DNA of 57,861 nucleotides from a bacterium (GTDB lineage Bacteria; Patescibacteriota; Patescibacteriia; Patescibacteriales; GWE2-39-37), in assembly GCA_037146995.1 (NCBI GenBank), contig JBAWWA010000008.1, positions 1-57,861 of the forward strand. Direction: 5' to 3'. Numbering within the stretch: the first letter of the stretch is position 1; the number at the start of each line of letters is the position of its first letter. The notes under the pieces were generated by a model. The model did no database searches and was not told where the DNA came from. It saw only the letters and a list, made by a program, of their open reading frames with translations. This document shows, piece by piece, positions 36,268 through 46,111 of this stretch. The position numbers and the translations under genes were made by a program.

Positions 36268-36459
36268 ATGGTTCGATCTTTTGAATGTCGGGAATGCATT
36301 GATAATGATTTGCAAACGGTTTTAAAGTGTGATATGTGTGGTCCGGCAAATGCAAGGTGTACTTGTGTTTGCTTGAGACACTGCCTGACAGGTAATAAAT
36401 TAAATTTTGTGTTGCTACGGAATAAAACATGTGAAATTCATGGCAAACAATTAATCTAA
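36268..36459 (+). CDS. Cysteine-rich microprotein (63 aa, 9 Cys, 2 His)
   Basis: AAGGAGG lies 7 nt before the ATG, and a hairpin follows the stop. The translation is MVRSFECRECIDNDLQTVLKCDMCGPANARCTCVCLRHCLTGNKLNFVLLRNKTCEIHGKQLI, with CxxC-x10-CxxC then CxCxC-x3-C. The tracked start at 36193 would overlap ileS. Confidence 0.55.
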   Translation: MVRSFECRECIDNDLQTVLKCDMCGPANARCTCVCLRHCLTGNKLNFVLLRNKTCEIHGKQLI

Positions 36460-36471
36460 TTTATTAAAATC

Positions 36472-36493
36472 GGGGAGCTAAACTCCCCTTATT
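36472..36493 (+). terminator. Weak terminator hairpin
   Basis: ggggag-ctaaa-ctcccc followed by ttatta. Confidence 0.45.
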
Positions 36494-36514
36494 AATTAGT
36501 AATTTAATTTATAT

Positions 36515-37576
36515 ATGGAAAAAGTTAGGGCCTTGGTGTTGCTGTCTGGCGGGCTTGATTCTATGCTGGCCGCACGCACACTAATTAATGAAGGCGTCGA
36601 GGTGACGGGTATTACTTTTATTAGCAATTTTTTTGGGGCTACTAGGGGGCTTGAGGCTGCTAAACAGCTCGGTGTGCCCTTGATCGCTTTTAACATTGCA
36701 GACCAACATCTCGAGATGACAAAAAATCCTCGTTATGGCTACGGTAAAAATATGAACCCCTGTATTGATTGTCATGGTATGATGCTGGCTAAGGCCAAAT
36801 CCATCATGGATGGTGAAGAAGTGGTTTTGGTTTATCCTGACGGCAGTATCAAGGCTATTAGTCAGCGCTATGATTTTGTGGCAACTGGTGAGGTACTTGG
36901 ACAACGTCCTATGTCTCAGACGGCGATTGCCCTCACAATGGTTGAAAAATTATCTGGTCTCGATGGCATGCTGGTTAGACCACTCTCCGCAAAGCTGTTG
37001 CCGCTCACTAAACCAGCTTTGGAAGGTAAAATTAAAAATGATAATTTATTGAATTTTAGTGGTCGCGGCCGGTCTAGGCAGGTTGAACTAGCTGCGATTT
37101 ATGGTATCAAGGATTATCCAAGTCCGGCTGGTGGCTGTTTATTGACAGATAAAGTTTTTGGTGAAAAACTCAAAAAGTTATTTGAAGTATGGCCAAACTG
37201 TAATAGCAATGATGTTAAGGTTGTTAAAACTGGCAGAAATATCTGGCTGAATGTGGCGAATAAAAAATATTTATTGGAAATCGGGCGTAATGACGAGGAA
37301 AATAACTTGCTGTCAAAGTTGGTAATGAAAGGTGATGTAATTATCAATGTTGAGGATATTCTAGGGCCTACAGCCTTGTTGCGTTCTAAGGGTGAAACCT
37401 CAGATCTTGTCAGTGCCACTGTCGATGTTCATGTTCCGCGTGAACTGAAGCTAGATAAGATAAAAACAGACCTAGAGAATGTGCATGATCTATATGATGT
37501 TGTTGCTTTATTGGTTGCATATTATGCAAATAGGGCAAGGGGTAGGGTAGTAAAAGTTAAATTTGTAGTTAAATAA
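36515..37576 (+). CDS. PP-loop ATP pyrophosphatase, ThiI/MnmA-like tRNA sulfurtransferase-type protein lacking a THUMP domain
   Basis: LLSGGLDSMLAA (SGGxDS PP-loop) at the extreme N-terminus, NPCIDCH, ATGEVLGQRPMSQT and VRPL blocks as in the ThiI catalytic domain. Confidence 0.6.
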   Translation: MEKVRALVLLSGGLDSMLAARTLINEGVEVTGITFISNFFGATRGLEAAKQLGVPLIAFNIADQHLEMTKNPRYGYGKNMNPCIDCHGMMLAKAKSIMDGEEVVLVYPDGSIKAISQRYDFVATGEVLGQRPMSQTAIALTMVEKLSGLDGMLVRPLSAKLLPLTKPALEGKIKNDNLLNFSGRGRSRQVELAAIYGIKDYPSPAGGCLLTDKVFGEKLKKLFEVWPNCNSNDVKVVKTGRNIWLNVANKKYLLEIGRNDEENNLLSKLVMKGDVIINVEDILGPTALLRSKGETSDLVSATVDVHVPRELKLDKIKTDLENVHDLYDVVALLVAYYANRARGRVVKVKFVVK

Positions 37577-37589
37577 TAATATCAAACTT

Positions 37590-38159
37590 ATGAAAAATGT
37601 TTTTTTGATTATTGCTAGTGTTTTTGGAGGGATTATTTTGCTAGCCGGTATTTCAGCCTGGATGGCTTACAATGGTATGGTCTCAGCGGCAGAGGCAACG
37701 GATGCACAGTGGAAGCAGGTCGAGACTCAATATCAAAGGCGCTTTGATCTGATTCCTAATCTGGTCGAATCAGTAAAGGGGGCGATGCAGCAGGAAAAAG
37801 ATATTTTTGGCAAATTAGCTGATGCTCGTACGAAATATGGCGGAGCCACTAGTCCGAGTGATAAAGCTCAGGCTGCAGGTGAAGTAGAAAGCGCCCTATC
37901 TCGATTACTAGTGGTAATGGAAAACTATCCGCAATTAAATTCGATGCAAACCGTGCAAACTTTGATGGCCCAATTAGAAGGGACGGAAAATAGGATTAGT
38001 GTTGAACGTAAGCGTTACAACGAGATGGTACGAGACTTTAATGTGCGTATTAAAAGATTTCCTGGTGTAATATTTGCGAGTATCTTTAATTTCACTGAGA
38101 AAAAATATTTTGAGGCGGCAGCTGGCTCTGAGGTGGCGCCAAAAGTAAAGCTTCAGTAA
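37590..38159 (+). CDS. lemA: LemA family protein
   Basis: N-terminal TM helix, then QVETQYQRRFDLIPNLVESVKG and MENYPQLNSMQTVQTLMAQLEGTENRISVERKRYNE. Confidence 0.9.
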   Translation: MKNVFLIIASVFGGIILLAGISAWMAYNGMVSAAEATDAQWKQVETQYQRRFDLIPNLVESVKGAMQQEKDIFGKLADARTKYGGATSPSDKAQAAGEVESALSRLLVVMENYPQLNSMQTVQTLMAQLEGTENRISVERKRYNEMVRDFNVRIKRFPGVIFASIFNFTEKKYFEAAAGSEVAPKVKLQ

Positions 38160-39031
38160 TGAAAGGCAGTTTTAAAAAAATACTATCTTCGATTGCGCTT
38201 GGCCTCTTTTTGGTGCCAAGCGTAATTTTTGCTTTTAATTCTCCTGGGCGTCCGGTTGGCTTTGTTAATGATTTTGCCGTAGTGCTTGATGACGCCTCCA
38301 GAAATAATCTGGAGCTGAAGTTAAAAAATTTCGAACAGATAACTGGCAACGAAATAAGTATAGTAACAATTAAAAGCTTGAATGGTGACACGGTTGAAAA
38401 TTATGCCAGTGAATTATTTAAAGCTTGGGGGATAGGCAAGAAAAATAAGGATAATGGCGTCTTGTTACTGGTCTCAATTGAAGATAGAAAAATGAGAATT
38501 GAGGTGGGTTATGGCCTGGAGGGTAATTTGACTGATGCTCAGAGTTCTTGGATTATCAATCAGGATATTAAACCAGCCTTCCAGCGACAAGATTACTACT
38601 CTGGCTTGAATGCTGCAGTCGATAAAATTATGTCGGCTGTAAATGGCGACTATATCCCAAGCGAATCGTCGAGCAGCAAGTCTGGAAATAATAATTTTGA
38701 TTTGATAATTAATGTTGTAATTTTTGGTATAATAATCCTAGCAGCCATTCTTGGCAAGAGTAAATCATGGTGGGCTGGCGGTGTGATCGGTGGCATTGTC
38801 GGTGTAATAATTTTTTTCTTAAAAGGTTTGTTCTATGGCATTATAGCTTTAATTGTCTTAATTCCCTTTGGCTTGTTGTTTGATTTTATCGTCTCTCGAG
38901 CAGAAACGCAAAGGCAAACAACAGGTACTTATCCTTGGTGGTTTGGTGGTGGTGCGAGTGGGGGTGGAAGCGGTTTTGGTGGTTTCGGTGGCGGCTCCAG
39001 TGGTGGTGGTGGTGCGAGTGGTAGTTGGTAG
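38159..39031 (+). CDS. TPM-domain (YgcG-like) protein with TM segments and Gly-rich tail
   Basis: VNDFAVVLDDASRNNLELKLKNFEQITGNEISIVTIKSL, GVLLLVSIEDRKMRIEVGYGLEG, C-terminal GGGSGFGGFGGGSSGGGGASGSW. The start overlaps the lemA stop (taATG). Confidence 0.88.
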   Translation: MKGSFKKILSSIALGLFLVPSVIFAFNSPGRPVGFVNDFAVVLDDASRNNLELKLKNFEQITGNEISIVTIKSLNGDTVENYASELFKAWGIGKKNKDNGVLLLVSIEDRKMRIEVGYGLEGNLTDAQSSWIINQDIKPAFQRQDYYSGLNAAVDKIMSAVNGDYIPSESSSSKSGNNNFDLIINVVIFGIIILAAILGKSKSWWAGGVIGGIVGVIIFFLKGLFYGIIALIVLIPFGLLFDFIVSRAETQRQTTGTYPWWFGGGASGGGSGFGGFGGGSSGGGGASGSW

Positions 39032-39050
39032 TATTAATAATAATATTTTT

Positions 39051-40055
39051 ATGTTAAAAATTGAGATTAAAAAAAGTATATTGATTATTATCGGTGCCTG
39101 TATTTTTATTGCTATTGGCTTTTTTATAGGTGAGGTTATTGAGGTGCAAAAAAATAATGCTGTCGTTGCGACTGAAAAGGAAACAGAGCTACGCATAAGT
39201 GGCTATAAATATGTCAATCCCTTGCTTGAATGCAATATTCAGAGCTACTTGACTGAACCAACCAGCGCAAAATTTGCCAAAATGAAAGATGATATTATTG
39301 CGCGCAAAGAGGCGGCAAACTTAAAAACCGTATCCGTTTATTTTAGGGACTTGAATAATGGCCCCTGGCTTGGCTTGGATGAGAAAGAGTTGTTTACGCC
39401 GGCCAGTCTCCTTAAAGTACCGCTCATGATTGCCTTGTTCAAGCAACGCGAAACTAATCCAGTATTATTTAGCAGTAAAATTATTTATCACAAGCAAACT
39501 GTTTTACCTCAGGATATCGATGGAAATTATAGTTTTGTTGATGGCAAGGAATATACAGTTCTTGAGTTGATAAAAATTATGATTACTTATTCAAATAATG
39601 AAGCAACTCAGTTACTACTGGGCAAGATTGATCAGGGAGTTTTGAAAAAGGTTTATGATGACTTTGCTCTGCCAATACCTGGACAAGAAAAAAACAATGA
39701 GGACTTCATGTCTGTAAAACAATATGCGGCCTTTTTTAGAATACTTTATAATGGATCGTATTTGTCACCAGCCGCCTCCGAAGAAGCTCTAGCGATATTG
39801 TCAAAGTCAACTTTTAATGAGGGGATAGTCGCCGGCTTACCAGCTGAAGTGAATGTCGTTCATAAATTTGGTGAAAGAAAATACATGCTTGATGGCAAGG
39901 AAACAAATCAATTACATGATTGTGGAATTGTCTATGCTAAAAATCATAACTATATAATGTGCATCATGACTCGCGGTTATGATTTTGAGATAATGAAAAC
40001 AACAATAAGGGATATTTCTAAGATAATTTATGACTCTTTTGTTGATGGAAAATAA
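39051..40055 (+). CDS. Membrane-anchored serine hydrolase, class-A beta-lactamase/PBP-like
   Basis: SxxK as PASLLKV, SxN as YSNN, KTG-equivalent HKFGE, and an N-terminal TM helix. The ATG at 39051 was chosen because the longer tracked ORF (38868) runs through the TPM gene's Gly-rich tail. Confidence 0.65.
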   Translation: MLKIEIKKSILIIIGACIFIAIGFFIGEVIEVQKNNAVVATEKETELRISGYKYVNPLLECNIQSYLTEPTSAKFAKMKDDIIARKEAANLKTVSVYFRDLNNGPWLGLDEKELFTPASLLKVPLMIALFKQRETNPVLFSSKIIYHKQTVLPQDIDGNYSFVDGKEYTVLELIKIMITYSNNEATQLLLGKIDQGVLKKVYDDFALPIPGQEKNNEDFMSVKQYAAFFRILYNGSYLSPAASEEALAILSKSTFNEGIVAGLPAEVNVVHKFGERKYMLDGKETNQLHDCGIVYAKNHNYIMCIMTRGYDFEIMKTTIRDISKIIYDSFVDGK

Positions 40056-40064
40056 TATAAAAAT

Positions 40065-41477
40065 ATGTCTAAAATTGATTATGTAAAAATGGAGAAAGAA
40101 TTAAGCTTCGAAAAGAGAAACGCTTGGGAAGTTTGGTCAGACGCTGAAATGAAAAATGCCATGGATTTCTCAGAAGGCTACAAGAACTTTTTGAACGAAG
40201 CCAAAACTGAGCGTGAGGCGGTGCTGGTTGGCGTTGACCTGGCCAAAAAAAATGGCTTCAAAGAACTCGGCAGTTTTAAAAAATTAATTCCCGGTGATAA
40301 GGTTTATTTCGTAAATAAAAACAAGAGTGTTGTCTTTGCTATTATTGGTGACGAGTTATTGTCTAGTGGCTTAAAAGTGGTGATGTCACATATTGATGTG
40401 CCGCATTTAGATCTGAAGGTCAATCCGCTGTATGAGGACGAAAGCTTGGCCTTTCTAAAAACCCATTATTATGGCGGGATAAAAAAATATCATTGGCCAA
40501 CCATCCCGCTAGCTTTGCATGGCACGGTGATTCTTGCTAATGGTGAAAAGCGTGAAATCAAAATTGGTGAAAAATCAACCGACCCGATTTTTATGATAAC
40601 CGATTTGTTGCCACATCTAGGCAAAAGCCAGGCAAAAAAACCCTTGGATGAGGCGATTGCTGGCGAAGAATTGAATATCCTTGTCGGGTCAATGCCAGTT
40701 AAAAGCGATAAGATCAAGGCAAAAGTTAAATTGGCAATATTAAAGCACCTAAATGATGAATACGGCATGAAGAGCGAGGATTTTTTTAGTGCTGACTTGC
40801 AGGCAGCCCCAGAGTCAAAGGCTAGGGACCTAGGCTTTGATCGCTCCATGATTGCAGCTTACGGTCAGGATGATCGGGTCTGTGCTTATGCGTCGCTAAT
40901 GTCAATTTTCAAAACTAAAACTGTAAAAGAAACGCAAGTTTGTTTATGGATCGATCGTGAAGAGATTGGCTCGGAAGGCTCTACAGGGGCGCAATCAATG
41001 TTTATTGAAAATTTTGTCGCTGATATTGCTGAACTGACAGGAGAAAAAACTGGAATGCGTGAAGTTGGCAAGATTTTTTCAAAGAGCTCGTGCCTGTCTA
41101 GTGATGTAACGGCGGGTCTAGACCCTGATTATAAAGGGGTGCATGACCTAATGAATGTCGCCAAACTTGGCTACGGTGTGGCGCTCGAACGCTATACTGG
41201 CCATCGCGGCAAGTCTGGTACAAGTGAGGCAAGCGCCGAATTTGTCCAAAAACTCCGAAAAATATTTAATGACAATAATATAGTTTGGCAAACTGGTGGT
41301 CTGGGTAAAGTGGATGAAGGCGGTGGCGGTACCATTGCCATGTTTATGGCTAAAAGAAATATGGAAGTAATTGATATCGGTGTCGCATTATTTAATATGC
41401 ACGCACCCATGGAAATCGCCTCAAAGGCAGATATTTACAGTGCTTATTTGGCCTATGTCGCTTATTATCAGAATTAA
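40065..41477 (+). CDS. M18-family aminopeptidase
   Basis: VMSHIDVPHLDLKVNP, DREEIGSEGSTGAQS, NMHAPMEI. Confidence 0.85.
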   Translation: MSKIDYVKMEKELSFEKRNAWEVWSDAEMKNAMDFSEGYKNFLNEAKTEREAVLVGVDLAKKNGFKELGSFKKLIPGDKVYFVNKNKSVVFAIIGDELLSSGLKVVMSHIDVPHLDLKVNPLYEDESLAFLKTHYYGGIKKYHWPTIPLALHGTVILANGEKREIKIGEKSTDPIFMITDLLPHLGKSQAKKPLDEAIAGEELNILVGSMPVKSDKIKAKVKLAILKHLNDEYGMKSEDFFSADLQAAPESKARDLGFDRSMIAAYGQDDRVCAYASLMSIFKTKTVKETQVCLWIDREEIGSEGSTGAQSMFIENFVADIAELTGEKTGMREVGKIFSKSSCLSSDVTAGLDPDYKGVHDLMNVAKLGYGVALERYTGHRGKSGTSEASAEFVQKLRKIFNDNNIVWQTGGLGKVDEGGGGTIAMFMAKRNMEVIDIGVALFNMHAPMEIASKADIYSAYLAYVAYYQN

Positions 41478-41564
41478 ATAGTTGAATATCAAGGACTTGC
41501 TTTTTTATAAGTGATGTTATAATCTATCTGAAACTGAACATTTATAAATTACAAGGAGGGTCTT

Positions 41565-41939
41565 ATGACGGACTTTGATTGCTTGAGGGATTGTCCTGAT
41601 ATAGGACATTGCTGTCGGGAGTTTGCTTTGACACATGCCGGTGATACCGTTGGTTATAATCAGCCTTACTTATTAACCAAGGATTTGAACAAGATAATGG
41701 AGTATCGTGGCTGGCCATTTTTAGCTAAACGTTATGACGGTGTACTTGAGTGCTGGCTGTTTCATTGTCCAGAACTTGGGTCTAATGGCCTGTGTACTCG
41801 TTATGAAACTAGACCATCTGTTTGCAGGTCTTTTAAACCTGGTAGTTGTAAAAGACTTTGCTGCGTTCGACCAACCCTGGCAGAACAGCTCAAGCGTTTT
41901 ATGATTTTTTTATTCAAGTTAACAACCTTTTCGCGCTAG
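41565..41939 (+). CDS. YkgJ-type (CxxCxxCC family) cysteine-cluster protein
   Basis: AAGGAGGG Shine-Dalgarno. CLRDCPDIGHCCREF at the N-terminus and GLCTRYETRPSVCRSF later. Confidence 0.55.
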   Translation: MTDFDCLRDCPDIGHCCREFALTHAGDTVGYNQPYLLTKDLNKIMEYRGWPFLAKRYDGVLECWLFHCPELGSNGLCTRYETRPSVCRSFKPGSCKRLCCVRPTLAEQLKRFMIFLFKLTTFSR

Positions 41940-41958
41940 CCCCTGGCTAGCGCTTTTT
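41933..41958 (+). terminator. Rho-independent terminator overlapping the stop codon
   Basis: gcgctagc-ccctg-gctagcgc followed by ttttt. Confidence 0.8.
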
Positions 41959-41997
41959 ATTTGATAAATATTAGATAATAAGCTAATATAAGGCTAT

Positions 41998-42165
41998 ATG
42001 GTTGAGAAAAAAATGCTAAAAAATGAGGGGAAAAATATAAAAAATCCTTTGGATGAAGTCATGAAAATCTTACTTAAATCGCAGGCCAAGACTTGTGTCA
42101 GAGCACAAATTAAGTTGGATGACCTGGGTCGTAATTCTTTAAATAAAAAGCTAGACAATGATTAA
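41998..42165 (+). CDS. Possible 55-aa basic small protein translationally coupled to the U32 gene
   Basis: Hand translation gives MVEKKMLKNEGKNIKNPLDEVMKILLKSQAKTCVRAQIKLDDLGRNSLNKKLDND*. Its last codons overlap the 42158 ATG by 8 nt. No family support. Confidence 0.3.
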   Translation: MVEKKMLKNEGKNIKNPLDEVMKILLKSQAKTCVRAQIKLDDLGRNSLNKKLDND

Positions 42166-43510
42166 AAAACTGAAAAAACCAGAATTGCTCGCTCCGGCTG
42201 GAAATTTGGAAAAAATGAAAACGGCTTTCGCTTTTGGTGCGGATGCGGTCTATGCTGGCATCCCTGATTTTTCTTTGCGCGTCAGAATAAATAACTTTAC
42301 CTTGGAAACCTTAGCCGAGGCGGTGAATTATGCTCATAATCTCAAGAAAAAGGTTTATATCACCATTAATATTTTCGCTCATAATGAGCATTTAAAGGCC
42401 TTGCCGAAATATTTAGAGGCTCTAAAAAAAATTGGTCCAGATGCCTTGATCGTTTCTGACCCGGGCGTGGTGAGCGTTATCCAAAAACATTGGCCGGAGG
42501 CGGAAATTCACTTGTCGACACAGGCTAATTGCACCAATGGCGCTGCCGCTATGTTTTGGCAAAAAATTGGCATCAAGAGAGTCATCTTGGGTCGTGAAGT
42601 GGCCTATGCGGATATTCTGGAAATGAAAAAAGAGGCACCTAAGCTGGAGTTGGAAACATTTGTTCATGGGGCTATGTGTATGGCCTATTCTGGCCGCTGT
42701 TTTTTATCAAAATATTTGAATGGTCGCAGTGCCAATCTAGGTGATTGCGTTCAGCCCTGTCGTTGGGAGTATGAAGTAAAGGATGGTGTTAAAAATATTG
42801 ACTCTAGTGGTAGTCAATCGATAGATCTGAATTCAAAAATCATCTCACCTAAAGGGCATGAGGCTCTGTTCGAGCTTGTCGAAGAGGTGCATGGTTCTTA
42901 TATTTTGAATTCGCATGACATGTGCCTTATCAGGCGCATGCCAGAATTATTAGCTTCTGGTCTTGAGTCATTAAAGATCGAGGGGCGAGCTAAGAGTAAT
43001 TATTACCTAGCTATGGTCGTCGGTGCGTATCGTCAAGCGATTGACGTATGTTTTGCGAGTCAAAATGACAAGTTAGATGTTAAAAAAAATAAAGAGGTCA
43101 TAAAAACGATTAAACATTTGTACAAGGAGCTTGATACAAAATTGGTGCAGCGTGGCTATACTGAGGGTTTTATGTTTGGTGAAGGTCAGCAAGCACAAAA
43201 CTTGGTTAATTCTCATAATGTTTGCGAATGGGAGTTTTGTGGCCAGGTTGTGGCCGATCATAAGGTAGATAATGATGTTAAAATCTCTAAGACGGCTATA
43301 GTCGTTAAAGTTCATAACGCTTTAAAGGTTGGCGATACGATTGAAATAGTTGCGCCAGGTTATGAAATAATTAAAAACAAAGTAGCAAAACTGTGGAACT
43401 GTGAGACTGGTGAATTGCTTGACTCGGCCCATGGTGGTCAGGGCAAGTTAGTTGTTCTTGACGTCAAACGTTTCGTGCCGGAATTCAGTGTTATTCGAAG
43501 AAAACTTTAA
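42158..43510 (+). CDS. Peptidase U32 family protein (RlhA/TrhP-type)
   Basis: ELLAPAGNLEKMKTAFAFGADAVY, ETFVHGAMCMAYSGRCFLS, SLKIEGRAKS. Confidence 0.9.
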   Translation: MIKKLKKPELLAPAGNLEKMKTAFAFGADAVYAGIPDFSLRVRINNFTLETLAEAVNYAHNLKKKVYITINIFAHNEHLKALPKYLEALKKIGPDALIVSDPGVVSVIQKHWPEAEIHLSTQANCTNGAAAMFWQKIGIKRVILGREVAYADILEMKKEAPKLELETFVHGAMCMAYSGRCFLSKYLNGRSANLGDCVQPCRWEYEVKDGVKNIDSSGSQSIDLNSKIISPKGHEALFELVEEVHGSYILNSHDMCLIRRMPELLASGLESLKIEGRAKSNYYLAMVVGAYRQAIDVCFASQNDKLDVKKNKEVIKTIKHLYKELDTKLVQRGYTEGFMFGEGQQAQNLVNSHNVCEWEFCGQVVADHKVDNDVKISKTAIVVKVHNALKVGDTIEIVAPGYEIIKNKVAKLWNCETGELLDSAHGGQGKLVVLDVKRFVPEFSVIRRKL

Positions 43511-43526
43511 AAATATTTATAAAAAA

Positions 43527-44435
43527 ATGACTGAGGTAAAGCCAATAAACGATCAAGCGACAGGTCTGAAAATCGGTAAATTTAAGGCTAGCTGGCTGAT
43601 TGCCATGGCTAGCTGGAACTTAATTAAGCAAGACAAGGAAGTCTTAACTTTTCCAATTTTGTCGGCGATATTCATGTTTGTTGTGACTGGAGTTATCGGG
43701 ATAATTTTTTATTTGCTGGTTTTAGGTGGACAGTTGAGTTTAACCTCCGGCGTTGAAGGCAGTACGGCAACTGCCAGTTTGAGTAATGTTTCTTATTTCG
43801 TAGAGGTTATATATGCTTTTGTGCTTTATTTCATTACAACCTTTATTACGCTTTTTTTTGAGACCGGCATTATTACGATTATCAAGGGGCGCTTGAGTGG
43901 TCAAGATCTGACCTTTAATGATGGCATCGAAAATGCTCGCAAAAAAATAAAAGTAATTTTAATCTGGTCATTTGTCTCAGCCACCGTCGGAACTTTTTTG
44001 AAAATCATCTCAGACCGTTCGAAACTAGTGGGCAAGATCATTACGGCCTTGCTGGGTTCGGCCTGGAGTATTTTGACTTTTTTTATTGCTCCGATAATTA
44101 TCGTGGAAAATTTAACCATTCAAGAGTCTTTGAAAAAATCAGCTGAAACTATTAAGCGCGTTTGGGGAGAGAGCGCTATTATCGGCGTGGGTACAGGCTT
44201 GGCATTTTTCTTTCTCTATTTATTTGGCATCTTGGCCTTTATTGCCCTAATCTTTACGTTAAACAAATTTTTAATTATTGGTGGCTTTGTTTTGTTTGTC
44301 ATATATTTAATAATACTGTCGGCTATCTCATCAGCTTTAAGCGTAGTTTTCCGGGTGGTACTTTATGAATATGCTTCGACCGGTCAAGTACCGGCTGGTT
44401 TTACGGCAGATATTTTAAAAATGGCTATAAATTAA
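43527..44435 (+). CDS. Polytopic membrane protein (hypothetical)
   Basis: Six or more hydrophobic helices. The ATG at 43527 avoids overlap with the U32 gene, whereas the tracked start at 43452 overlaps it by 59 nt. Confidence 0.5.
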   Translation: MTEVKPINDQATGLKIGKFKASWLIAMASWNLIKQDKEVLTFPILSAIFMFVVTGVIGIIFYLLVLGGQLSLTSGVEGSTATASLSNVSYFVEVIYAFVLYFITTFITLFFETGIITIIKGRLSGQDLTFNDGIENARKKIKVILIWSFVSATVGTFLKIISDRSKLVGKIITALLGSAWSILTFFIAPIIIVENLTIQESLKKSAETIKRVWGESAIIGVGTGLAFFFLYLFGILAFIALIFTLNKFLIIGGFVLFVIYLIILSAISSALSVVFRVVLYEYASTGQVPAGFTADILKMAIN

Positions 44436-44463
44436 ATGGCCGCGATATATTGAATTAAAATAA

Positions 44464-45048
44464 ATGATTGCATTCTTGAAAGGCCAGATAATAAATAAAA
44501 GGAAAAATTTTTTAATTGTGGAAGTTGGCGGTATCGGTTATCAAGTTTTTGTTTCGCCGACCATGTATGCGGATATGATAACGTCTCAAGCGGTCGATTT
44601 GTATATTCATGACCATGTCAAAGAGGAGTCACGTGACCTTTACGGTTTTAGGTCACTAGATGAACTCGAGATGTTTGAACTGTTACTGTCTATTTCTGGT
44701 GTCGGGCCAAAATCTGCGCTGGGGATCATGGCTATTGCCAATATAGATGAGTTAAAATTAGCAATAGCAAGTGGCGACGTGGCCATGTTAAACAAGGTTT
44801 CTGGCATTGGTAAAAAAACTGCCGAAAGGATCGTGTTAGAATTAAGAGAAAAGATTGCTACGATTAACTTTGAAGCTGTTGGTAAGGCTGGTGTAGGCTC
44901 AGCTACAGCACAAAGCGATGAAATTGACGCTCTGATTTCCCTTGGTTATTCCTTGCAGCAGGCCAGAGAGTCACTTAAACAGGTAGATTCTGCTATAATT
45001 AAAAGTGGTGAAAGAATCCGTGAAGCGTTGAAATATTTGGCTAAATAA
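44464..45048 (+). CDS. ruvA: Holliday junction branch-migration protein RuvA
   Basis: MIAFLKGQI..., GIGYQVFVS, HhH motifs ISGVGPKSAL and VSGIGKKTAERIVLEL, C-terminal domain III. Confidence 0.9.
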   Translation: MIAFLKGQIINKRKNFLIVEVGGIGYQVFVSPTMYADMITSQAVDLYIHDHVKEESRDLYGFRSLDELEMFELLLSISGVGPKSALGIMAIANIDELKLAIASGDVAMLNKVSGIGKKTAERIVLELREKIATINFEAVGKAGVGSATAQSDEIDALISLGYSLQQARESLKQVDSAIIKSGERIREALKYLAK

Positions 45049-45065
45049 ATTTAAAAAATAAAGAT

Positions 45066-46055
45066 ATGAAATTAGTAACAATAGATTCAAAAAAACAGCT
45101 TGATGATTTTGTGGGTACAGAAAAGCATAGTCAATTTATCCAATCCTGGGCCTGGAGTGAGTTTCAGCGATTGGTTAGCGGTACGGTTTGGCGCATCGGT
45201 GTCGAAGATAAGGGTAAATTAATCGCTAGCGCCAAGATTTCCAAAAAAGATTTGCCGATGGGTCGTAGTTATTTTTATTGCGGCCGCGGCCCGGTTTTTA
45301 AAGGTGATGTCTGGAATGTCGAGGCGGCTGCTCTGATATTTGCTGAAATTGAACGTTTGGCCGAAGAGGAGATGGTGATGTTTTTGCGTTTTGACCCTTC
45401 TTTTGATTGTATTGCTGATGTTGAGCAAATTATCGGCAATCGAACCTTTATTAAGTCTGACGATGTTCAACCAAGTAAGACTTTAATTCTTGATGTAACT
45501 AAAACCGAGGAAGAGCTGCTAGCAGCGATGCATCAAAAAACTCGTTACAACATTAACTTGGCCAATAAAAAAGAAGTTAAGATTGTTGAGGGTGGCAAAG
45601 AAAGGTTTGAGGATTTTTGGAGCCTACTTGATCAGACGACTGGGCGCGATAAATTTCGTCCCCATGGTCGCAGTCATTATAGTGCGATGTTTGATATTGA
45701 AACTGATACCCTCAAATTACTTTTTGCCGAGGTTGATGGCAAGCCGCTAGCCGCTAGCATCTTATTATTTTTTGGTGATACGGCCACTTACTTACATGGT
45801 GGCTCTTCGAATGATGACCGGAATTTGATGGCGCCATATGCACTGCAATGGGCCAGTATTCAAATGGCCAAGAACAAGGGTATGAATTATTATGACTTTT
45901 ATGGTATTGATGAAGAACGCTGGCCTGGCGTGACGCGCTTTAAAATGGGCTTTGGTGGTGAAGTTAAAGTTTTTCCAGGTACTTATGACATTATCTATGA
46001 TGAGGGTTGGTACAGTGTTTATCGAATGGTGAGAAAAGTCAGGCGAAGTTTTTAA
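45066..46055 (+). CDS. FemAB/FemX-family peptidoglycan interpeptide-bridge aminoacyltransferase
   Basis: KTRYNINLANKK, FGDTATYLHGGSS, APYALQWASIQMAKNKGMNYYDFYGI. Confidence 0.85.
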   Translation: MKLVTIDSKKQLDDFVGTEKHSQFIQSWAWSEFQRLVSGTVWRIGVEDKGKLIASAKISKKDLPMGRSYFYCGRGPVFKGDVWNVEAAALIFAEIERLAEEEMVMFLRFDPSFDCIADVEQIIGNRTFIKSDDVQPSKTLILDVTKTEEELLAAMHQKTRYNINLANKKEVKIVEGGKERFEDFWSLLDQTTGRDKFRPHGRSHYSAMFDIETDTLKLLFAEVDGKPLAASILLFFGDTATYLHGGSSNDDRNLMAPYALQWASIQMAKNKGMNYYDFYGIDEERWPGVTRFKMGFGGEVKVFPGTYDIIYDEGWYSVYRMVRKVRRSF

Positions 46056-46111
46056 ATTTTTTTGCAAGATAATATCTATAAATTATTAATTGTTGAGATT
46101 AGTTTACATGA

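Noticed and set aside
38868-39050. N-terminal extension of the beta-lactamase-like ORF (MACCLILSS...VVVVVRVVVG)
   Set aside because: It is the out-of-frame reading of the TPM protein's Gly-rich tail (GGT repeats read as Val runs). The ATG at 39051 gives a normal TM anchor.
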